From an uncultured Hyphomonas sp. (lineage in GTDB: Bacteria > Pseudomonadota > Alphaproteobacteria > Caulobacterales > Hyphomonadaceae), in assembly GCA_964567455.1 (NCBI GenBank), contig CAZMMU010000010.1:496-64495 (forward strand): 64,000 bases of DNA, read 5' to 3'. Of the stretch, positions 15,297 to 22,456 are shown piece after piece. Positions within the stretch are counted from its first letter, which is position 1. Every line of letters begins with the position of its first letter. Made by a program: the position numbers and the translations under genes. The notes under the pieces were generated by a model. That model was not told the DNA's origin. It did not search any database and worked only from the letters and a program-made list of their open reading frames with translations.

Positions 15297-17108
15297 CTAA
15301 ATCGGTGCGCAGGCGGACTTTAACCAGTCGTGCGCCTCGCCATCAATGATCGGTCCAATCTTGTCCCAGACCTTCCCATGATAGGAATTGACCCAAGTGA
15401 TCTCGGCCTCGCTCAGCAATGCCTTATCAATCAGCTCACGGGCAAGCGGTGCCCATGTCAGATTTTCAAAGCCGAGCATGTCAATTTCGCCGCCCTCTAT
15501 GGCTGCCGGTTCGGTGACGTATTGCAGGTTTTCAATCCGTATGCCGAAGGCATCCGTTTTGTAATAGCCCGGCTCATTGGACACGATCATCCCCGGTGCG
15601 AGTGGTATCGCGTTCCATGGTTTTGCTATCCGCTGTGGACCCTCATGGACGCCAAGATAAACGCCGACGCCATGGCCGGTGCCGTGGCCATAATCAAGTC
15701 CCGCCTGCCAGAGTGCATGCCGGGCCAGAACATCCAAATGCGTTCCCGTGGTCCCTGCCGGAAAGCGCACTGCGGCAAGCGCAATATGTCCTTTGAGGAC
15801 TTGAGTGTAGCGGGTGCGCATTTCATCCGTAGGCGCGCCAATAGGAACGGTGCGTGTGACGTCGGTTGTGCCGTCGAGATATTGCCCGCCACTGTCAACG
15901 AGGAACAGTCCGCCGCGTTCAAGTTTGCGATTGGTGGCGGTCGAGACGCGGTAATGCACAATCGCACCATTTGGCCCGGCGCCAGAGATGGTTTCAAAGG
16001 AAAGATCGTTCAGTTCGCCCGTCGCGTCGCGAAAGGCCTCAAGCTTCATTACGGCCTCAATCTCGGTCACCTCGCCGGACTGTGCTTCGGTGTCGAGCCA
16101 ATGCAGAAACCGCGTCAGGGCCGCGCCGTCGCGAATGTGTGCAGCGCGCGTGCCTGCAAGCTCGGCTTCATTCTTACACGCTTTCGGCAAAGCACATGGG
16201 TCGGGCGCGCGGAGTATTTCTGCGCCCGCATCTTCGAGCGTATTGAAAAACCATGCCGAGGCGACAGACGGGTCAAGGCTTACACGTTTGCCCGCTAAGC
16301 CAATGAGCTTCGTCTCGAGTGCTTCGATCGGGTGCAGGCTGACGCCGTTTCCCAAATGCTCAAGAAGGGCGGGGGAGGTTTTCGCTTCTGCGAGGAATAG
16401 ATCTGCTGTTCCATCCGCATGCAGTATGGCGCGCCCAAGCGGTAGTGGGGTGCACATAACATCGCCGCCGCGAATGTTGAACGCCCACGCCAGAGATGCT
16501 GGCGAAGTGACGATTGCGGCGTCCGCGTTGTTCTCGCGCAAGCCTTCGGCGAGCCTGGTCCGCTTGTCCGCCGCACTCATGCCGACATATTCGAGTGGTT
16601 GGGGCAGGACGGGTGCCATTGGCGCGGGGGGGCGGTCGGTCCAAGCGGTGTCGACTGGATTGGGAGATGTCGCGCGGAGCGTGCCCCCGGCGCGGGACAC
16701 GGCGCTTTCGAGAATTGCCAGATCGTTCGGGCTAACGAGTTGAGGGTCATAGGCAACCGTTTTGCCGGACAGGTTCGCGCCCCCGAGCCATGCAAAAGGG
16801 CCAGGGTCTGGGAAGCCATGCGTTTCAAACAAGGCCGCGTCGAGCTGGTCGGCAGCCTGCAATGTGTAGCGCCCGTCGACGAAAACGGCGGCTTGTTCGA
16901 GTCCGATCACCGCGCAGCCAGCCGATCCGGTAAAGCCCGTGGCCCAGGCCAATCTTTGCGCATTATCGGGTAAATACTCGTTTTGATATTCATCTTCGTG
17001 CGGCAAGTAGAAAAAATCGACCCCATCGGCAGCCATTTGCGTGCGGAGACGGGGAAGGTTTCTGCGGCCCATATCGGCGCCGCCTCGAATATCAAAGCTC
17101 TGTTTCAT
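15297..17108 (-). CDS. Xaa-Pro aminopeptidase (aminopeptidase P, M24B family)
   Basis: 603 aa with the metal-ligand motifs of the pita-bread fold: VDSGGQY, DVTRT, HGTGHGVG, SNEPGYY, RIENL. Confidence 0.85.
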   Translation of the reverse strand: MKQSFDIRGGADMGRRNLPRLRTQMAADGVDFFYLPHEDEYQNEYLPDNAQRLAWATGFTGSAGCAVIGLEQAAVFVDGRYTLQAADQLDAALFETHGFPDPGPFAWLGGANLSGKTVAYDPQLVSPNDLAILESAVSRAGGTLRATSPNPVDTAWTDRPPAPMAPVLPQPLEYVGMSAADKRTRLAEGLRENNADAAIVTSPASLAWAFNIRGGDVMCTPLPLGRAILHADGTADLFLAEAKTSPALLEHLGNGVSLHPIEALETKLIGLAGKRVSLDPSVASAWFFNTLEDAGAEILRAPDPCALPKACKNEAELAGTRAAHIRDGAALTRFLHWLDTEAQSGEVTEIEAVMKLEAFRDATGELNDLSFETISGAGPNGAIVHYRVSTATNRKLERGGLFLVDSGGQYLDGTTDVTRTVPIGAPTDEMRTRYTQVLKGHIALAAVRFPAGTTGTHLDVLARHALWQAGLDYGHGTGHGVGVYLGVHEGPQRIAKPWNAIPLAPGMIVSNEPGYYKTDAFGIRIENLQYVTEPAAIEGGEIDMLGFENLTWAPLARELIDKALLSEAEITWVNSYHGKVWDKIGPIIDGEAHDWLKSACAPI

Positions 17109-17450
17109 ACCGACACATTACGCCGCAATGCGTCACCGCGAAAGCAAAAAGAGATATGCGATATTGCATGAGCGCCCTGCCAAACGGTGCGTTTAAATGC
17201 AATCGGGTCGCCCCATATGCCGGTCAACAGCGACATCAAAGTGGCTGATTGCAAATAGAAAGTACCCTCCCATGAAAACCACTCCAAGCCAGATTAACAG
17301 CGCTATTATCGTTCCAAACGCGGGTGCCGGCCAAGCCGGGAATGCGATTATGCCACAGTCCCGGACCAGCCCCACTCCGCGTGCGCATATCATCGATCGA
17401 CGTGCTGCACGTTGGGCGCGCCGCCGCGCGCACTAGATGCACATGGACAC

Positions 17451-17488
17451 AATTCGGGCAGGACAAGGCCTGCCCGAATTTTTGTGTT
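17451..17488 (+). terminator. Strong Rho-independent terminator (plus-strand orientation)
   Basis: It has a perfect 12-bp stem, AATTCGGGCAGG (17451-17462) paired with CCTGCCCGAATT (17469-17480), and a 6-nt loop. A TTTTTGTGTT run follows. There is no T-run on the opposite strand. Confidence 0.7.
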
Positions 17489-17522
17489 GCGTCGGGCACC
17501 GCATGTGTGCAGGGATTGCCAG

Positions 17523-18218
17523 ATGAGTTCGCCAACAAACCCTGATAATCCGCCCAGAACTCCGGCCTTCGTTATCGCTATTTCCGGCGGGTCAGGGTCG
17601 GGCAAGTCTACGCTCGCCCATGCGCTTGAGACGGCTTTGAAACCACGCGCGGTCGCCCTGTTTCTGGAAGACGCCTATTATTGGCCGCGTGCGCACTATC
17701 CGTCTGATGTCGCGGTGACAGACATAAATTATGATGATCCTTCGTCGAAGGACAACGCATCGCTGGTTGCCGATCTGGGCAGGCTCAAAAGCGGACATGA
17801 CATTGCCCAGCCGCGATATGATTTCGAGCGTCACGACAGAGTGGGCGGGGTCACCGACCGGCTCGCTGCGGCAGACCTGATTATCTTTGAAGGCATCCAC
17901 ACCCTGTCATTGCCCGAGGCTGACCCGCTGATAGATTTGCGGGTGTTCGTTGACACGCCTGATGATTTGCGCCTGGCGCGCCGTATTCGCCGCGATGTCC
18001 TGGAGCGGGACCGACCTGTGGAAAGCGTGCTCGGGCAATATATGTCTACCGTCCGGCCCGCCCATTATGCGCATACATTTCCGGCCAAGTTCAAAGCTGA
18101 TCTCGTCATTGCAGATGAGGGGCTGCCCGCTTATGGCCATGTCGCTCCCACCGATCGAGCTGTGGCCCGCATGTTGGCGCCTGTTCTCAATCGGCTCGAA
18201 AAGCTTGGCGTTGTTTAG
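17523..18218 (+). CDS. udk: Uridine kinase family protein (P-loop nucleoside kinase)
   Basis: The start is chosen at MSSPTNPD... It has the P-loop FVIAISGGSGSGKSTLA and the family-typical LIIFEGIH and RRIRRDVLERDR segments. Confidence 0.7.
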   Translation: MSSPTNPDNPPRTPAFVIAISGGSGSGKSTLAHALETALKPRAVALFLEDAYYWPRAHYPSDVAVTDINYDDPSSKDNASLVADLGRLKSGHDIAQPRYDFERHDRVGGVTDRLAAADLIIFEGIHTLSLPEADPLIDLRVFVDTPDDLRLARRIRRDVLERDRPVESVLGQYMSTVRPAHYAHTFPAKFKADLVIADEGLPAYGHVAPTDRAVARMLAPVLNRLEKLGVV

Positions 18219-18787
18219 CGCTGTGCCAGTTTGACCGGCTTGAAGCTCATTCTGTGTTCCGCGCAGGGCCCCAGCCGGGTCAGGGCTTGGGCATGCGCTT
18301 TGGTGCCATAGCCTTTATGGCTGGCAAAGCCATAGTCCGGATGTTGTGTGTCCAACTCTATCATCAGCCTGTCCCGGGCCGTCTTTGCCAGAATAGACGC
18401 AGCCGAAATCGCTGGCTCGGTCAGATCGCCTTTGATGATCGCGCGAGCTGGGCAGGGCAGTCCGTCAGGCACATCATTTCCGTCGATGATGATCGCGGTC
18501 GGTGTCAGGCCGAGCGCCTCGACCGCCCGACGCATCGCCAAATGGTTCGCCTGCCGGATGTTCAATGCGTCGATCTCCTTCGGGGACGCCCAGCCCAGAC
18601 CCCACGCCAATGCTCGCGATTTGATCTGGGGTTCGAGTGCGTGCCTTTTGGTTTCGCTCAATTTCTTGGAGTCCGTCAGTCCGTCTATCGGGCGCGCGGG
18701 ATCAAGAATCACAGCCCCCGCTGTGACAGGCCCGGCCCAGGGTCCACGTCCTGCCTCGTCTATTCCGCAAAGTGTCTCTATGCTCAT
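18215..18787 (-). CDS. rnhB: Ribonuclease HII
   Basis: The start is chosen at MSIETLCGIDEAGRGPWAGPV, the canonical RNase HII N-terminus containing the DEAGRG catalytic motif. DSKKLS lies downstream. Confidence 0.88.
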   Translation of the reverse strand: MSIETLCGIDEAGRGPWAGPVTAGAVILDPARPIDGLTDSKKLSETKRHALEPQIKSRALAWGLGWASPKEIDALNIRQANHLAMRRAVEALGLTPTAIIIDGNDVPDGLPCPARAIIKGDLTEPAISAASILAKTARDRLMIELDTQHPDYGFASHKGYGTKAHAQALTRLGPCAEHRMSFKPVKLAQR

Positions 18788-18833
18788 GACCAGACACTCA
18801 TCAGATTCCCGCCTAGCCGTAAAGGAACCCGCC

Positions 18834-19805
18834 ATGACCCAAGCCACCGCCATCCGCATCCACACAATCGGAGGTCCCGATGTTCTGACCGAAGAGCAGA
18901 TCACGCTCGACGCGCCGGGCAAAGGTCAGGTTCTCGTCCGCAACACGGCCATTGGCCTGAACTTCATCGACACCTACCACCGCTCCGGCCTTTATCCAGT
19001 GCCCCTGCCGTTCACGCTCGGCTCCGAAGGCGTTGGCATTGTCGAGGCTGTGGGTGAGGGCGTTGCGCATATAGAGATCGGCCAGCGTGTTGGCTATTTC
19101 GGGGCGGGCGCCTATGCCAGCCATACGCTGGTCGGGGGCGCGGCATTGGTGCCACTGCCAGACGAGGTCGATGACGAAACTGCTGCTGCGGTGCTCCTGA
19201 AGGGGCTGACCTGCTGGATGCTGCTGTTCAAGGTCCATCGCGCAAGTCCGGGCGAGACCGCGCTCGTCTGGGCTGCGGCTGGCGGGGTCGGGTCTTTGCT
19301 CGTGCCTTGGGCGACCAGCCTTGGCATGGAGGTGATCGCGATTACAGGCACCGAAGAAAAAGCCGAGCGGGCCAGAACGGCTGGCGCGGCGCATGTCTTG
19401 CTGGCGAGCGATGATATTCCTGCGAAGGTGCGCAAGATTACTGGCGGACGCGGCGTCGAGGTGGCCTATGACAGCGTCGGCAAAACCAGCGCTGAAAGCT
19501 CCCTGTCGAGCCTTGCCGAGCGCGGCCTCTTCGTCTCCTATGGCAATGCGTCAGGCCCCGCAGACCCGATTGCGCCGACGCGCCTTGCTAGCGGCGGCTC
19601 GCTTTATATGACGCGGCCAACCCTGTTTAATTATTTCAATTCACCCGCGCGGATGAAAGAGGGGAGCGCGGCCTTGTTCGGCGCGCTCAGGACGGGCACG
19701 ATCAAAGCGCACATCGGCCAACGCTTCGCCCTGTCCGACGCGGCAGAGGCCCACGGCGCGCTTGAGGGACGCAAGACGGTGGGGTCTACGGTGCTGTTGC
19801 CTTAG
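18834..19805 (+). CDS. NADPH:quinone oxidoreductase (zeta-crystallin-type MDR)
   Basis: The start is chosen at MTQATAIRIHTIGGPDVL... It has the MDR fold with the nucleotide motif AAAGGVGS. The upstream part of the 18348 ORF is antisense to rnhB. Confidence 0.85.
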   Translation: MTQATAIRIHTIGGPDVLTEEQITLDAPGKGQVLVRNTAIGLNFIDTYHRSGLYPVPLPFTLGSEGVGIVEAVGEGVAHIEIGQRVGYFGAGAYASHTLVGGAALVPLPDEVDDETAAAVLLKGLTCWMLLFKVHRASPGETALVWAAAGGVGSLLVPWATSLGMEVIAITGTEEKAERARTAGAAHVLLASDDIPAKVRKITGGRGVEVAYDSVGKTSAESSLSSLAERGLFVSYGNASGPADPIAPTRLASGGSLYMTRPTLFNYFNSPARMKEGSAALFGALRTGTIKAHIGQRFALSDAAEAHGALEGRKTVGSTVLLP

Positions 19806-19974
19806 CCGCTCTGTTTCTCCCGGTGCTCGGTGTCGATGGGTCGAATTTGCCCGTCTCCACAATGTTGACCAATCGCCGCCAAACCTCCAATTCCCCCGCC
19901 GCAGGGATTGAATGCGTTAACACTTCGTGCACTACTCCTTTCTAGCTTTTGTTAGAAAGCTTGTGAGGGAAGCC

Positions 19975-20364
19975 ATGTTTGATGCGAGGGTCGCGCCTGA
20001 AAGCGCTTTGGGACTGCACTATATAATAGAGTTCTTCGGCGCGCGAAATTTGATGGATACGGGCCCCGTGCAATGCGTTTTGCGGGAGGCTGCCGAAAAG
20101 GCGGGCGCGGTTGTGCTCGATGAAAACGTGCATGATTTTGGCGAGGGGCAGGGGGTGACGGGTGTCGTTGTGCTGGCTGAATCGCATATCTCGATCCACA
20201 CCTGGCCCGAACACGATTATGCCGCCATCGACATTTTTATGTGCGGTGACCGCGTGTCGCCTGAAACGAGCCTTGATCATTTGCGGGCCTTTTTCAAACC
20301 CGAAAGCGAGAGCGTCAGCCGACTGCAACGTGGACTGGTTCCCGCCTCTGTGGGCCGCGATTGA
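19975..20364 (+). CDS. speH: Pyruvoyl-dependent S-adenosylmethionine decarboxylase proenzyme (small prokaryotic class)
   Basis: The product is about 129 aa and carries the self-processing/active-site segment VVLAESHISIHTWPEH. The start could also be the GTG at 19927. Confidence 0.75.
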   Translation: MFDARVAPESALGLHYIIEFFGARNLMDTGPVQCVLREAAEKAGAVVLDENVHDFGEGQGVTGVVVLAESHISIHTWPEHDYAAIDIFMCGDRVSPETSLDHLRAFFKPESESVSRLQRGLVPASVGRD

Positions 20365-21707
20365 ACGCAATTGTCCGCATTCTCCACACTTATAAAGTAA
20401 CGCTCGGCGTCATCGCGCTGGCCGTGTTCACTTATGCCGCGTTCGGAAAAGGCGGGCTCGTACCGTCTGGAACTGGGCTGGGGGACAGTTTGTTTACGGC
20501 TTTTCTAAACGTCTTTCGGCATGGAACGGACAGGCATTTGTTTGGCAATCTCGTGCTTATTTTCTGGGCGGGTACCCGTGTTGAGCCGCGAATCGGAAAT
20601 GCGCGCATGGCATGGTTGTCATTGGGGTGCATTGTTTTTGCGACTTTGCTGCAAACCCTGCTCGTGGATGGATACTTTATTGGACTGTCGGGGCTGGCTT
20701 ATGGAGTCATAATTTATGCACTTATCCAACGGGTTTCGCTGCCTGTATCCCTTTTCTATTTTGTGCTTGGCTTGCTAATCGTTGGCAGCGAAGTCTTATT
20801 CATGTCAGACAAGATTGCTGTGTTCGCACATCTGGGCGGACTGGTTTTTGGAGGAGGACTGGGCGTGTTTGAAAAACTGTTTGGAAAGAAGGGTGAGGCA
20901 GAACCCCAACAATCTCAAGACCCTGACCAGCCGCAACTGCGCCCTATGGAGGCTGAGGATCATGATGCGGTTATCGCCATTATCAACCAGACAGATGATG
21001 ATGACGCTGAGGACGCCGACGAAACGCTCCGCGAGCGCGGCTATGGGGGAATGTATTGCCTCTGGCATCGCGGCCAGATTGTCGGATGCACGGGCTACGC
21101 TCATTCGGAAGCGGGCATGGATGTCGTCTGGCTGTCATGGACCTATCTTGATGGACGCGCGCGCGGGCAGGCACTTGGCCGCTATATGGTCGACGAACTC
21201 TTGCGGATGCTCAATCATCAAAAGGTGAGAAAAATCTTCATTGCAACAAGTGATTACACCGAAGATGGCCGGGATGTTTATGCGGATGCGCGAAAATTCT
21301 ACGAGACTTTGGGCGCGACGCTGGAGATTACGGTGCCGGGCTTTTACGCTGTGGATGAAAGCAAACTGATCTATGGGCTGGAGAATCCGGGCATGGCCCG
21401 CGAAGAACGGCTCGACGATCTTGGTACACGGGGGGTGCGCTTTGTGGATGTGTCACTGGACGAGGACAGCGATGATATTGGCGCGGTGTCCTGGGAAGAG
21501 CAGGATGAAGGCGTAAGCGGGCTGGACGCTGTGCTGGGGCTCGCAAACTCGCGCCAGTTCCGGCAGGTGCTGGTCGCTCTGCCAGCGGACATCTCTGATA
21601 CGGCAACCGCCCATCTTGAATCTAAAGGATTTACGCGCGTTGGCGTGCTTGAAGATTTCTATGCGCTCAATTTAGGGCAAGTTTGGTGGGCGATTCAACT
21701 TGGTTGA
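20361..21707 (+). CDS. Fusion protein: N-terminal rhomboid intramembrane serine protease domain + GNAT acetyltransferase domain + about 100-aa C-terminal extension
   Basis: Rhomboid motifs: HGTDRHLFGNLVLIF (H..H...N), GLSGLAYG (GxSG catalytic Ser) and FAHLGGLVFGG (catalytic His). The GNAT core has the CoA-binding-type RARGQALGRYMV segment. The only available start is a TTG overlapping the speH stop (TTGA). Confidence 0.7.
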   Translation: MNAIVRILHTYKVTLGVIALAVFTYAAFGKGGLVPSGTGLGDSLFTAFLNVFRHGTDRHLFGNLVLIFWAGTRVEPRIGNARMAWLSLGCIVFATLLQTLLVDGYFIGLSGLAYGVIIYALIQRVSLPVSLFYFVLGLLIVGSEVLFMSDKIAVFAHLGGLVFGGGLGVFEKLFGKKGEAEPQQSQDPDQPQLRPMEAEDHDAVIAIINQTDDDDAEDADETLRERGYGGMYCLWHRGQIVGCTGYAHSEAGMDVVWLSWTYLDGRARGQALGRYMVDELLRMLNHQKVRKIFIATSDYTEDGRDVYADARKFYETLGATLEITVPGFYAVDESKLIYGLENPGMAREERLDDLGTRGVRFVDVSLDEDSDDIGAVSWEEQDEGVSGLDAVLGLANSRQFRQVLVALPADISDTATAHLESKGFTRVGVLEDFYALNLGQVWWAIQLG

Positions 21708-21778
21708 CGGTTATAGCAACTTGGTATTAACTGTTGAATGGAAGACAAAGGGGTGAGGGATACCTCGGGAGGAAGACT

Positions 21779-22363
21779 ATGAATGGTGCTGTTGTAAAAT
21801 ATGGGCTTATTGGCTTGGCGGTCGTGGCTTATCTTGGTTATACATCGTTGCGCGGTAGCCAGCCAGCTTCTGCGGATCTGGGCAATGTGCTTGATCGGAC
21901 AGACTATGCGCTGACAAATTACGACGTCAGCAATGCTGAGGGCGACGTTACTGAAGCTGAAATGGAAATGTTCACCGATTATCTGACCGATGTCATGAAT
22001 GCTCAGCCGGCTTTCTATCAAGGCCCAATTGGTATGAGCCTTGGGGCGGATGCCATGTTTACCGGATATCAGGACACAAATCAGAACAAGGTGCGCGATA
22101 GCGGCGAAGATAGCATCTTTACTGTCGAAGTCGACGCCGAGAATGAGCGCCTGATCGCGACCGATGTATCGGGCAATTCCGTACATCATCGTTATTCAGG
22201 ATCGGGTCTTGTTACTGGCCTGCTGATCGGCCGCCTGTTGTCGCGGCAAAGCGCTGCAGGCATTCGCCGTGGCTCCTTCAACAATCGCCGCACAACATCC
22301 CGCGCAAGCTATTCTGGCGCGCGGTCGCGGTCACGCTCGGGCGGATCGCGTACGGGTAAGTAA
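21779..22363 (+). CDS. Hypothetical membrane protein with Arg/Ser-rich C-terminal tail
   Basis: An ATG at 21779 is preceded by GGGAGGA. It has an N-terminal TM (YGLIGLAVVAYLGY), a second hydrophobic segment (GLVTGLLIGRLL), and the tail RRGSFNNRRTTSRASYSGARSRSRSGGSRTGK. I recognise no family. Confidence 0.55.
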   Translation: MNGAVVKYGLIGLAVVAYLGYTSLRGSQPASADLGNVLDRTDYALTNYDVSNAEGDVTEAEMEMFTDYLTDVMNAQPAFYQGPIGMSLGADAMFTGYQDTNQNKVRDSGEDSIFTVEVDAENERLIATDVSGNSVHHRYSGSGLVTGLLIGRLLSRQSAAGIRRGSFNNRRTTSRASYSGARSRSRSGGSRTGK

Positions 22364-22400
22364 TCTCCAGTGTCAGCTGGACGAATGGCTGTTTAACTTG

Positions 22401-22434
22401 AAAGCCCGGAACGCAATGGCGCTCCGGGCTTTTT
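22401..22434 (+). terminator. Candidate intrinsic terminator between the small membrane protein gene and the aminopropyltransferase gene
   Basis: The stem is AGCCCGGA (22403-22410) paired with TCCGGGCT (22423-22430), with a 12-nt loop. It is followed by TTTTCAATTTT. Confidence 0.55.
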
Positions 22435-22456
22435 CAATTTTCTATGGACAAAAAAG

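Noticed and set aside
17300-17380. Possible SRP (4.5S) RNA-like or other structured RNA signature (GGTGCCGGCCAAGCCGGG ... GTCCCGGACCAGCC).
   Set aside because: It only superficially resembles the SRP domain IV motif. The conserved GGAA/AGCA loops are absent. It cannot be supported without a covariance-model scan.
17193-17436. Calling either small ORF in the 415-bp gap as a CDS: 17193-17393(-), 66 aa with two hydrophobic helices, or 17197-17436(+), 79 aa and basic.
   Set aside because: They are mutually antisense, have similar and unremarkable third-position GC (about 56-57% by hand count), lack convincing Shine-Dalgarno sequences, and match no family I recognise. They are kept only as alternatives inside the finding on this gap.
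18348-18833. N-terminal extensions offered by the ORF track for several genes: qor from 18348, E1 beta from 25373, E2 from 26508, the BNR protein from 32065, accA from 56239, ggt from 59437, rnhB to 18922, PPTase from 37987.
   Set aside because: In each case the extension overlaps the preceding gene or its antisense strand. An internal start also reproduces the canonical family N-terminus or a signal peptide, usually with a purine-rich RBS.
19938-19961. Two mutually exclusive small hairpins (CTTTCTA/TAGAAAG and AGCTTT/AAAGCT) just upstream of the AdoMetDC start, considered as a polyamine-responsive leader switch.
   Set aside because: The stems are only 6-7 bp and AT-rich, so they are expected by chance in a spacer of this size. 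If the alternative GTG start at 19927 is used, the region would be coding. There is no independent support.
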